Positions 39,420-50,575 of a DNA stretch of 64,000 bases are shown here, piece after piece. Each line of letters opens with the position of its first letter. The stretch's first letter is position 1. The notes below the pieces were generated by a model. It ran no database searches and was not told the DNA's origin. It saw only the letters and a program-made list of their open reading frames with translations. The position numbers were made by a program, and so were the translations under genes. This DNA comes from Psammoneis japonica (taxonomy: Eukaryota), in NCBI GenBank assembly GCA_008632985.1, contig QPGO01000020.1, positions 1 through 64,000 of the forward strand, written 5' to 3'.

Positions 39420-40007
39420 ATGGTTGCCATGACGATTAGTACGACGCGACGCTCCGTGTGCTTGCTACTTCTACTAGTATGTCTATTTGCTTTTGCATCC
39501 GAGCATGCACATTCTTTTACTTTGGTCATGATGGGACGCCGAGGAAAAGGCAATCTCAAAAGAAACCTTGATGACTCTGGAAAAGGTTCCGTTGGGTCCG
39601 CAAATGCAGGTCGAGGACAAGAAATCACTGGTGTCACACTGCCTGCCGAAGGCAAGATGAAAGGTTGGGAGTTTGGCAACAAGGTGCAGCTCACATGCGC
39701 CAATGTGGGTGGGAACTACTATGCCGTACAGGGCGATTGCCCGCGTTGTGCCTTCGAGCTGTACAAGGGAGACTTGATTGAAACAGACGAGGCTTTTGAA
39801 GATTTGCCACGTGTTGCTTGCCCAACATGTGGTACCACATATGGCCTCAGGTCCGGTAAGCACGGACCACCTCTGAAGCGATCTGGTTTGGCTGGCTTTG
39901 TGGGCAATCTTGCAAAGTCAGCCACAGTCACGGACTCTTACAAAGATGCCAAGGCATTTATAATAACCCGGGACGAGGATGGAAGAGTGTATCTCAAAGA
40001 AAGATAG
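39420..40007 (+). CDS. Probably plastid-targeted Rieske-ferredoxin-like protein with CxxC...CxxC motifs
   Basis: Signal peptide ending AHS-F followed by a basic transit-like stretch. YYAVQGDCPRC and VACPTCGTTYGLRSG align with the two Rieske boxes. Confidence 0.65.
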   Translation: MVAMTISTTRRSVCLLLLLVCLFAFASEHAHSFTLVMMGRRGKGNLKRNLDDSGKGSVGSANAGRGQEITGVTLPAEGKMKGWEFGNKVQLTCANVGGNYYAVQGDCPRCAFELYKGDLIETDEAFEDLPRVACPTCGTTYGLRSGKHGPPLKRSGLAGFVGNLAKSATVTDSYKDAKAFIITRDEDGRVYLKER

Positions 40008-40750
40008 AAAAGTAGTTTCAAACAAGATATCGAGCACAGCTCTACGCATATCTCATGGCGTACATTGCCAATATCTGTACATAGTAGCCACCGTAAAACG
40101 ATTTAGTACCAAGCAGACCATCTGCCTTGCACAGCAAGCGGAGGCGCTTATCAGTGGCAAGTTATTTCTTACTCAGAATTCTACAAACCTTTCTAGAGTT
40201 CGGGCAACATATCGTTTCGAATCGTTCTTGGCGTGTTTTATCCGTAGGAGTTCTCAAAGATCCTGTCCAGCAGGACGACGGTTTACAGCGTAGGTGGGAG
40301 ATGTTGATAATGACAAATTAACACGACATTACAATAGTTTGACAGCTACTGGCCAAACATTCAACATAGACATTGCATAATCCAAATCTTGACTAACCGA
40401 TGGTGTTTTCACTTTCGTGACTTTCCGGATCTGGTTTGAAAGCATCTGGCGACACTCTTTGACGCTTAAAGATAACTACATACATCTTCGTGCCTAGAGT
40501 GCTTCACCAAGATCTGCAGCATTCTCGGTATTGTAAAAAGTGCAAAAGCTGCATGAGAGGTAGATCTCAACACAAAGGAAGCTAGCATTGCGGCAGACTA
40601 TCTCGCTGCTGCATGACCCTCTGTCGCTATCCAGATAAAGCGTTTCCCCATACGCTTCCCATCCTCAATCCGTGATCGAGCCTAACATACTTTACAGCAA
40701 CTGTTGCCACATTTCTTCCATTCAACGGGTACGAATAGGCGTCAGGACGT

Positions 40751-42073
40751 TCACTCTTTTGGACTTGGTGGATGCTTAAGTGGAGATTCGCCAAGCCGCT
40801 GTTTCGCAATATGCCACAACTTTCCGCGGTACGTGTAGTGACGATTTCGTCTCAGGATACTCTGGTACCAATGCCAGTCCCAAAATCGGTAGCCAGACAT
40901 GCCTCCGCTTATATCAAGTTCACCATTGGCGTAGTCTTTGTATGAGTCAGAGGCCTGGGTGACATCCAACCAATCCATGGCGTAGTTGTTAAACATTTGT
41001 CCACTGGAAGGCAAGCCATATACATGGTTAGCTACAAGCGACATGAAGATGTCTTCACCATTCCACAGTGGTCCCTCGGCCTTTTTCAAAACAACATCAT
41101 CCCAAATCAAGTCCGCATAATCGAAGAAAGACACGCAAAGGTCTCGCTCCAGTACCATAAATTTCGTCAAGATCACCTCAGCTCCCTTGTGCGCATCAGT
41201 GGAGCAATATCCAGAAAAGGAATTCCCTTCTCGTAAGTTCCGGCCAAACCTCCCCACAATGCGTTTGGTGTTGCGGCTGTATTCAACGAGCAACTCGTTT
41301 AGTACAGACGCAGAGAACTCCATGTCGTCATCTACATGCAATACCCACTCGTTCTTGGCCATTTGACAAAAATAGAAGCGTAGGCTTAGGCCAATTTCGT
41401 CGTTCTGCTGCGCAGCATCAATGTTGACAACCTTTGGGTGAGGATGGACAAAGGCGGTCTTTGGGTTTGCATGCAACAACAAGACTTCATCTACGTTCGG
41501 ATGATCCAAGAGTGTTTTCATTAGAGCAGAATCTTGAATCATGCGAGGTCTGCTGTAGTTCATAAGTACAACCGACAGTTTGTTGGGTGGAACAGGGATA
41601 GGAATGTCGTGTGGGGGCGGTGGTCGTCGAGCAATGGGTAGGGTCCCTGCAAGTTTCCGCACGCGACCGTTCTCAGTCCTTGCCATAAGACTAGTCGGAT
41701 CATGGTGAGACCACATTGTGTCGGGTTGATCAAAGTTTGGTGCAATCAAAATGTTGACCGCGACACATAAAAATAGAGCAAAAACAACCAACGGTACAAT
41801 AACAGAGCTCTTTTGATACTCATCCTTAGCTCCACCGTTCCTTCTTCTCGTTCGTTTTCGAGTGTAATAATGCTTAGTACTTGGTATCAAAGGGGGGTCT
41901 TCATGTGTACTAGATGACTGAGAAAGGTCTTCATAATGGTGTGACAGTGTTCTTGTGCCATACAGCTCATTGCTGTCACCTTCGTCGTCAGCTACATCTT
42001 TCAAGGTCCTTTGACGAGTCCGCTGGAGGCGAGACGGATACCGCGAGACTTGACGCATGTTCCGACTCCTCAA
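40751..42073 (-). CDS. Glycosyltransferase family 64 (EXTL2-like), type II membrane protein
   Basis: A single TM helix followed by SVVLMNYSR, LSLRF, VLHVDDD and WNGEDIFMS motifs. Confidence 0.85.
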   Translation of the reverse strand: MRSRNMRQVSRYPSRLQRTRQRTLKDVADDEGDSNELYGTRTLSHHYEDLSQSSSTHEDPPLIPSTKHYYTRKRTRRRNGGAKDEYQKSSVIVPLVVFALFLCVAVNILIAPNFDQPDTMWSHHDPTSLMARTENGRVRKLAGTLPIARRPPPPHDIPIPVPPNKLSVVLMNYSRPRMIQDSALMKTLLDHPNVDEVLLLHANPKTAFVHPHPKVVNIDAAQQNDEIGLSLRFYFCQMAKNEWVLHVDDDMEFSASVLNELLVEYSRNTKRIVGRFGRNLREGNSFSGYCSTDAHKGAEVILTKFMVLERDLCVSFFDYADLIWDDVVLKKAEGPLWNGEDIFMSLVANHVYGLPSSGQMFNNYAMDWLDVTQASDSYKDYANGELDISGGMSGYRFWDWHWYQSILRRNRHYTYRGKLWHIAKQRLGESPLKHPPSPKE

Positions 42074-42523
42074 ACGACTCCCGGGAACAGCAGTGCAATA
42101 CGCCTAAAACAAAACAAAAAAAGATATATCAGGTAACGGGATTTAGTGCTCAAAATCAAAGTCTCAGCACCTGTCTTTGACAAGACTCGATGGGGAACCG
42201 CCACTCCGCGAGAACATGCTGTCTACAAGAAGAGACAAGAAACGCCGCATGATCTGATGAATCATGTTTCGTATTCTCAGCTCTAGTTGTTACAATTGAA
42301 TCTACTCACCTGTTGAGGCGAGGACCTGTTCACCCAGTGGCCAAGCACCGATGCCAAACGCCCGCTTGGTCATTCATCGAGGCGAACCCGCCATTTGCCC
42401 CCCATCCATTGCACGCCGCGGCTGTTGCATGCAAATCGCAGAGAAGCAAACGTAGAACGGTCGACGGCTGGGCGGTAAAATGGTGGACGGACGGACGCAT
42501 AGCGGACGAACGATCAGTCCGTA

Positions 42524-45500
42524 TGGCTTTGTTCATCGTGACGATCCTTTAAGTAGGATTGTACGTAATCTCGTACAAAACGTAAATAGCTCTAAAATGT
42601 TGATAGTAACTAAAAATAGACGTTATATCTTTGTCCCCGTACAAATTCTACAGCGGCTACACGAAATTGAAAAATTCACTCAGCCTCTCGATCTTCGTTC
42701 TCCGCGACGCATCGAACAAACTTGAACTCAAAGTCGATGGCGCAGCGGTGCGTCTTGAACATTTTGACAAGCTTGTCGAGCGCAACGGGTCCAAATTCAT
42801 GGACCCGCTCGGTGTCCTCAACGCATCCATTGTCAATTGCATGGCAAGCCTGAATGCACTGTCGCGCTCTCTTTGCAAACTTGCGCATGCGCTCCAGCGT
42901 CAACACCTCTTCTGACAAGCAACACTCAACTGACTTCTTGAAGTTTTCTTTCCCTCGTTTCTGTGACAGGTTGAGGTTTCGGTGCTCACCTTTGGAGCAT
43001 GCCCAAAGACACTCTGTTCCCTCCCCTGCCAATTCTGCACGGCATTTTGGAGTCAAGATGACTTGCACTCCCATTCGACGCGCACAATGTTGAGCCAGTG
43101 TCATTTCGTTTGCCAAGTCTTTGCAGGAGGCAAGCATCTCTGCGGGCTTGGTGTTTTCCATGCAGCTCCCATGCTCATCCTTTGTCCCCCCTTTTGTGTG
43201 CTTCAGGCTTGCATCAATCAACCCCCTTTCTGTCAAGACTTGCAACAAGCCTTTGGGCTTGCCGCTCCAACCGGGCAACATTTTCTGCACTCTCTTTTTG
43301 GTTGACATGCCGGCATTCTCACAGTCTTTCTGCAGATCCTTCTTTGTGGTGCCCTTCAGAACCACATGGGTTGGATCATTGGCCTTCAAGTCATTTTCTA
43401 ACTCTTCCTTGAGTTTGTCAACAGTCTTCCATTCATCGGTCGGTGTGCCACACTTTCGTCGCACCCGTTCTTCTGGGTCCATCAGGTGAGGTCCCTCGTC
43501 ATCATCCTGAAATGCCATTTCTTGCGTCTCACCACTTTGCATCGTTGAGAATTCTTGTGCTCTCCAATGCATTTGTCTGTGAGGGTGCTGCTTCTCATCT
43601 TGTGTTTTCCACCCCACCCCAGGTTCATCTTGTTGGTCGACAACCCGTCCTCCGCTGCTTCGAATGACCCACCGAGTGGTCAAAAAAAAAGATGTGCTCA
43701 AATTCCGGACACATTTCATCCAGAACATCGACACAGTCTTCCAGCTGCGTCACCATGTGGTTGTAATTCCAACAACCCTCGTTGTTCTGGCCGCACTCGA
43801 ACTTGACCATGAACGGGCTGTTTCCAAATCTTTCTTGGTGGCTGATCCTCAGGCTTCTTTTGCTGCTTCTTCGTCACTGCACTTGGTCCCTTTCCTGTTC
43901 TCATTGATTCGCTTGAGCAATTCTTCCTCGAGCGCTGGGATCAAGCAGAAGTCGCGACATGTGAAAAGCGAGAGCATGACTCCAAGACCTTCGTCCTTCG
44001 GAACAAGAGCGGTCTCGCCATGGGGTCCAACCCAAGCCCTGCTGGTCAATGGGAATTGCTTGAAAATGGCCTCATCTTGTCCCCATAAAATAGCTGGCTT
44101 TTCACCTGCAGGAAACTGACAGCTTAGATGGCCACCACATTGCTTGGCTTTCAAATCGTCGGATTGCGCAATCTCATCACGAAAGCCACTCCAGTCATCG
44201 ACGTGAAACTCCACGAACACGTTCCCGTCTCGAGTGAATAGAGAGCTCTCACCACAAGTTGGAACAAGCGACTGGTTCATGAGATCAGTTGCCTCCTCCA
44301 ATGGAATTTGAGTCCATCTGCAGCGCCGCTTCTCCAACTCGAGATGCTCCTTGTTGAACTTCTTTCGATGCGACTTTGTGGCAGGCTTCTTGTGTCCATC
44401 AACATGAAAGCCTTTGAGCCTGTGCGTGCACTCAAATCCCATAAGACGCATCCAACGGGCTGCTGTTGATGCAGAAAGTGACCTGAGTTTATGCTGTTTA
44501 AGAAACAAACTTTTGGCTTCTTCCTCTTCTGCAGTCGGTTCTCTGGATTCGCCCAACGACTCTGTCACGTTCTCAAAGTCATCATCATCAACTGCCACAA
44601 CATCTTTCTTTGCGTTCAGCATCAGCGCCGGCATGATTTTGTTGTGAACACACTCGTGCATCAGTTCAATGGAGAGGTCCTTCAAGTTCTTGACTCCATG
44701 GCGAACAAATGCATTCTTCACCTCAGGTTTCTGACTGAAGAAGGGCGGCAGTTGCGATTCGCTTCGGTTCCGGCACTGAGGAAAGTGGTCACCTGCCTCA
44801 GCAAGCCACTTGTGCCACCGCTGCACCACCTGCCAATTAGTCATCGCGGTGATGCCATCTTCTTTTAATGAGAAACAGCATGTTGACAGCACTGACCCCA
44901 ACTCATGTTGTCCTTGATCTCCCTTCCTTCACCCTTGAGATTGTCAAGGGCCGCCTGAAGGGATGCCATGATGCAGAGTGCACGATGACGAATGGACACC
45001 TTTTCAAACTCAGTTGCGAGTTTCTTGTCATCCTGGTCAGGCAAAACAGATTTGTGTCCTTGCGGATGATTGACAACAGCAGAAAGAACGTTGATCCTGT
45101 CTTGTATGACCGACTTGACATCTACATCCGCGGGGTAAACCGACATCGGCGCGAAGATGTTGCGTGCTCTCGTCGAATCCCAACAGTTGAAGCGAAGAGC
45201 ATTTTGTTGCCTTGCAGTCTCCAACTCTTCCTCAGACATGTCGTTCCCATTATTTTCACTTTCGATGCATTGTTTCTTCTTGGCTTGTCGGGCCTTTTCT
45301 GCATTCTGGATGTCGGGATCCGTCTCCGAAAACTCTGCCAGCATGTCTGCTCTTCGCACCGAGCCTCTGCCCATTTTCTTTCGGACCGCCCCACTCCTCA
45401 GCCAGCCTTCAACATTTGTCATTGTTGGCGGACGAAGAAACCGACTGGGAACTCCAACAGCAACAAGAAAGAACGTGTGAGGAGCTCTTTTTCCATTGAG

Positions 45501-46004
45501 CTTGCAACTGCACTCTTCTTGTGCAAGCTCACGCCGTTGGCGACAATGTTGTTTTCTGTCGCAACATTGGAAACTCCAGCCACATTTTTGTAAATCTTCT
45601 TTGTTTCTCTGCCCATCACACGAACATTCTCATCGGTTGAACCAAATTTGGCATTGCAACACTCCGCCCAAAGGTCAGTGGACATCCAACAGTTGTGAAA
45701 ACGCTTGTCGCCGAAGACGAGCTGCACGTGCTTGGCAACAAACAATTTTCTGATGTCGGTCATGATGATTTTTTTTGTCAGTGGTTGCAGGGAGCTTTGC
45801 TGATGTGTTTAGAAGGTGGACCGCACAGTGACAAAAAAAGTCATGAGTTTTGGGGAAATTGTGGCCATCATCATCGAGCGACCGCTTGTGTGGCATTTCT
45901 CATGCTTCGTAAACTTCCCTCCAAGAAATGAACTTCAACTTGATGACGTGTCACACCAATTGCGCAGAAATCTGCTTGAAGTTTCATCACAATGAACAAA
46001 GCCA
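42524..46004 (-). mobile_element. IS630/Tc1-mariner-related DNA transposon, 3481 bp, 46-bp imperfect TIRs, TA TSD (right copy now CA)
   Basis: The left TIR TGGCTTTGTTCATCGTGACGATCCTTTAAGTAGGATTGTACGTAAT (42524-42569) matches the reverse complement of 45959-46004. Flanks are TA (42522-23) and CA (46005-06), and a DDE transposase lies inside. Confidence 0.9.
42676..45763 (-). pseudogene. Frameshifted, hypermutated DDE transposase (~1000 codons)
   Basis: Motifs GQDEAIFKQ..W...LVPKDEGLGVM (D1), FFFDHSVGH (D2), GWSGKPKGLLQVLTERG, TPKCRAELAGEGTECLW (E) and KTHRCAIDF, split over 5 ORFs. Confidence 0.88.
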
Positions 46005-46095
46005 CACGTCGGATGAACGACGATGCAATTGCCGGTGCAGTTGTGCTGCAATTTTCTGATGGCATTCTTGTGGCATTTTTACAAAAACAACAACA

Positions 46096-47023
46096 ATGAT
46101 GGCTTCTGGTGACAGCACACTGTCATTGATCGAGCTTGGAGATGACGTCGTTTCTCAAGTGTGCCAGTTTCTCAACATCCGGGTGCTTTGTCATTTTGAG
46201 CAGTCCTGTTGACGTGGTGTTCATTTCACCGCGTGTGCATGGCATCGATTGAGCCAAGACAAAAGTGTGCATGATGAAGAAATCAGCAATGATGCTCCAT
46301 GCATTGGCATTGTGGAACGTCAACATCCTCCTCGGCTCATTTTGTTCTCAATGAAAATGAAACGAGAGGCCGACAAGCATTGTGGCGGTTGTTGGGAAAG
46401 CAACCGTGTTGCAATGAATGTCACTTGTTCTGGCAAATGCAATCTTCCTAAGTTTCTTGATGTTGCAATGCCCTCAGCTTCCCCAGAAAGTTGCCGTTTC
46501 TGCTGCCATCTGTCCCGCTTGGACAAAATTCAAGAGCTGCTCGGTTTCATGTCCTTTGATGTTCTTCCCGCTGCTGAATGGTCCTCATCTCATGGTTGGC
46601 ATCTGCAAGAAGAAGAAGAATTTGAAATGATTCAATCACACAAACTTTCCATTCAGAGCAAACGGTGGAATTCTGGGCTGTTTCAATGCAGCGCAGATGA
46701 TGAAATTGATGTTGCAGACGACAAAAATTTTGCAAACCTCCGCAAGAGGTGATGACACTCGCACTTTGCACCCCTCGCTGCTGCGTGTTGGAACAGAACA
46801 CCTGGACTGGCATGCAGAGCTTCTTGACAAATTGCGCATGTTTTTGGATCCAGCGTTCATGCCAGTTGACACCCATGACAGCGCTCGAAGGTTGGGTGAA
46901 TTGGTTGGATTCGTCTCAAGATCCACAGGGATCAGTTGTGGGCTGGGCCAATTCTTCATCACAAACAATGATTCAACAACATGGCAAATGAGCTCATTGC
47001 ATTTTGCAAGCCCTGATGCTTGA
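46096..47023 (+). pseudogene. F-box protein pseudogene
   Basis: ATG 46096 gives MMASGDSTLSLIELGDDVVSQVCQFLNIRVLCHFEQSC*RG..AWHRL, an F-box pattern. TGA 46210-12 is plausibly an ex-CGA. It continues in frame into ORF 46249..46752 and via a frameshift into 46697..47023. Confidence 0.65.
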
Positions 47024-47755
47024 AATTCCATGTGAAGACAAAGTGCGCCCTTTGATTGACAACACTGCGTCATCGTGGCATGCTGCAGGCTCTCGTTTTG
47101 ACAAGGGACGAAAAGCACACTTGCTTTTTTTGTCATCCTGAACAAATTGCTTTTCTTCATGCCTTGCCACTTCTGCATGATGCACAGTTGATGTTGAGCC
47201 AAGGCACACAATTGCGCTGCCATGTCACATTGGCAGAGTGCCGCAATCATTGCTTTTGTTTCACTCACGAGCTGAAAAAATAGAATGGAAGGCAAGCAGG
47301 CATCATCATGTTTGTGTCATGCATTGGCACAAGCTGGTCCATTGTCTCTCTGTGGAGGCCAGAGCAAAGTTCTCCAATCAACATCATCATTGGCAGACAA
47401 GCATGGAAATGAATTGGTGGCCCGCATCTCCAGGCTGTTGGGGTGCATCAAGGGTGACATCAAGGTCAACTCAAGGTCAACTCAACCGTAACAAACATGC
47501 AATGAGCATGTGACACATGTGGCTTGCCTTGGGGCTCCAGGCTCATTTTGTGCAAAAGCTTGCAGGAGTGCAAATGTGTGACATTGAGAACTGCTTCTTT
47601 TTGCCAAAAATGAAGAAGTTGTTTTGACTGCATTGTGCATCCCCAACAATTTCGTCACCTTCCTTTCTCACAACCAACCACTTGATGTCATGTGGACCAT
47701 TTGATGTTTTGTGGCCAAGAAACTGAAATTGACCACCAAGTCAAAACACATCTCC

Positions 47756-48325
47756 CATGGAGAGCAAGGGATTTTTGATCTTTGTGTGCCCTCATTTTGG
47801 CTCTTCATGAGCACACCTCTCCCGGATTGTTCATCTGCAACATTTCTCTGCAGCTGGTGAATGTTTTGACTTTCCTTGCCACATGTGTGGCATGGGCAAT
47901 GCATGTGCACGCATTTCTTCATGTGTGAAGTTGTCAGTGAACATGCAGGAAATGCCCAAGGAACAAGATGTGTCCTTGTTGTGTGATGGTTGCACACTCA
48001 TGTTGACAGTTGTCATTCTTGCACATCAGTTGGGGAGCATGACAATGTGGTTGTTCATGTGTTTTGTGTGTGTGTCATGCTTGTGCAGACATGTGACATT
48101 TTTTGAAATGTCGTTGACTGACTCTGCAACAAAGATCATTGGTTTTTCCTCTCAAAGCAGGAGCAGGATGAATGGGTTCTTGAGACTGCATCCTTGTGTT
48201 GCAACCATGAGTTAAAACCAGTCTCTCTGTGGAGAGCAAGGTAATTTCAACCTTTGTGCACCCTCAATTTGGCCATTTGCAAGCACCCCTCTCATTGGCT
48301 GTTCCCCCACATTTCTCTGCAGCTG
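47756..48325. repeat. ~100 bp diverged direct repeat (47756-47856, 48229-48325)
   Basis: tggagagcaagg...ctttgtg..ccctca.tttggc...acatttctctgcagctg occurs twice. Confidence 0.6.
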
Positions 48326-49043
48326 AGTGCTTTGACAATTTTTGATCTGTTGCAATGAATCTCAAGAGCTGGCAAAATTCTTGAGAATCCTGGCATGGAA
48401 TCTTGTGAAAATGCATTTTCAAGAATCAGACCTTGTGCAAAAATTCTGGTTGTTGTGAGCAACTGACTCTCTAGAGCCCAGCTTGCCAACTCACAAAAGC
48501 TCTTCCTTCAACACATCCTCTGCTGGATTTTTGTAAATTGGAGGCTGGCCAAAGATGCAGCACCCTTCCCTGTTTACCTCCATGGCCTTTTCACAGTGCT
48601 GCTCTTTGTGCATTTCTGTTTTTCTTTCTGGCCAAGAGGAGCATCTCATTCTTGTTGCTGCTGTCATGCAAGCTGCTGTCCCACCTCCTGGCCAGCCAGA
48701 TGCTGCTGGCACATTGTCAGATCTCCCAAGAAGGTGAGGGTTGTTTTTGTGGAGACCAGACCTTGTGAAGCCTTCAACTTGGCAACCTTTGGCATCAAGG
48801 ACAATGGCCACAATGGCGCCACACTTGAGGTCAACTCCAAGGCAATGCTTGGCTCTGAGTGGGAAATGAACAAGGCACAGGCTGCACAGTTCTAGAAGAC
48901 TGATGGGACCAGGCTGGCTGCTCAACAGCTTTCCAAGCTTTTTGGCAACCAAGCTTGCTCCCAGCAGTGCAGCCACATGATGGAAAGCAACCTCCTTGGG
49001 TTTGCCACATTGCCCCCAATAAAAAAAATGAGGGAGTGGAGCT

Positions 49044-49510
49044 GTGGCATCAAAGTTGATTGTTCTCCATTTCAAGCAGATTTTCAACATCACAGAGTGG
49101 CACCACAAGCACATGCTGGGTGGTCATCTCAAGCTTGTGGCTTGCACACTCAACAACGTTAAGAAAAAATGCAGTGACACCACCAAGATGCCAAGTTCTT
49201 GCCATGGCATTGATCTGTGTCCCATTTGCAGCAGGGCTCAGCTGTGTGCTGTCTGTGGCAAGAGTTCAAGGGGCAAGTGCCCCAATCATGACCAGGAGCA
49301 CCCATGACAACAGGTTCCAGGTGGACTTGGTAGATTGGCTGCTGAAAGAACCTGTGCTCATTTCACCCCAAGGACCTCATGTCCTTGGTCATGATCAAGT
49401 GGCTCATGGCTCTCAAGAGCCACTGCACAAAGTTGCTCTGGATGGCAGCCATTCTCTTCAAGAAGGCCAAGTGGGCTGCCAAGGACTTCTTCACCACATT
49501 TGCTTTTTAA
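49044..49510 (+). pseudogene. Integrase fragment (HHCC zinc finger + rve start), Ginger2/SCAND3-KRBA2-like DNA transposon relic
   Basis: Across frameshifts: FNITEWHHKHMLGGHLK...DLCPIC, PIMTRSTHDNRFQVDLVD and IKWLMALKSHCTKLLWMAAILFKKAKWAAK. Confidence 0.7.
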
Positions 49511-49522
49511 AAACAAAATCAT

Positions 49523-49569
49523 GTTGGTTGGTTGGTTGGTTGGTTGCTGGTTGGTTGGTTGGTTGGTTG
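49523..49569. repeat. (GGTT)n microsatellite
   Basis: gttggttggttggttggttggttgctggttggttggttggttggttg. Confidence 0.95.
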
Positions 49570-50575
49570 ATTGGGTCTGTGGGGATTAGAGCCATGAGAT
49601 TGGTGCCCTCTTGGAACTGTTCCTGGAGGAGAACAAGATGGCCAATGCTGAGACCCATTGTCAACACCAATGGTGACATCAGAGATGGAAGTCTTGCAAA
49701 AGCAACAGGTGCACAAATGCCTCAAGATGTTTCTTTCAAACTTTTCAATGATGCAACGTGTGGGGTTGATTCAAGAAGCAATCTTGATGCTGCAAGCATC
49801 GGATGCTCCCGAGGAGAATCAGATTTTTAGCGGATGAAATTGGGTTGTGCGAACACTTTTGCAAGGACTGACCATGTGATTCACCGCCAAAAACTCGGTT
49901 TCTCGTATGTTTGAAGTTATTTCTTAACTTGAAGGTGAGGGGGGCTGCTAAGTGATGTCTATCTTTTGGAGTGCTGGTCTCCAATAGAATCATTATAGGA
50001 GAACAGTAAATAAAATGTGGAAGCATGACAATGCTCATCGGCGGGTTGGGCGCTCTGCGCTTCTCAGCCAAATGAAAGTCATCTGTTCTGTGAATATCTG
50101 GATAAGTTGTTTCTTAATGAAAGGTGTGCTATGTTTGCGCACCGGCGGAACGACATGTATCGGAGAAGGTTGGCAGAAGTTCGAAGACTTTTGCATCAAA
50201 TTCTTACGCACCACGGGACGGATCAATGGTAGAGCAAAGGGTGTCTCTGGCCAAGCAATTCTGGTATGCTGGAAGCGACGCGTAGCAAACATAGCATCGC
50301 AGTACTCGCCTGATACGTGCCCAGTGTATTGACCACAACGTGACTCTTGATACCGGAATTGCTTCGTACTTCAATCCTTGTCTATTTGCTTGCAGTCTCT
50401 AGAGAGCGTCAACATCTGTCTTTCTGTCTGGCTCTACTATTAACAATTTCGAATGTTCCTTATCTGCTATCAGACGGCAACACCATACCTTGAAAGCAAG
50501 CTTCGCATCAAAAATGAGTACTACCTTCATACTGGTGGCAGCATAAGTTGTCGGGAAGAACCCGACCACCAAATA

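Larger units (their letters stand above)
42665..49800. other. TpA-depleted domain 2 (CpG retained on the left, lost on the right)
   Basis: TA nearly vanishes after about 42665. CG is abundant to about 46.3 kb, thins to about 47.5 kb and is nearly absent after. Normal composition resumes at about 49.8 kb. Confidence 0.9.

Noticed and set aside
42676..45763. Alternative genetic code or foreign DNA with native TA avoidance
   Set aside because: The same element's left TIR and TSD retain TA, conserved residues are damaged, and flanking genes use the standard code.
49800..50350. Short ORFs at the right edge of domain 2
   Set aside because: No recognisable motif and multiple stops in all frames.
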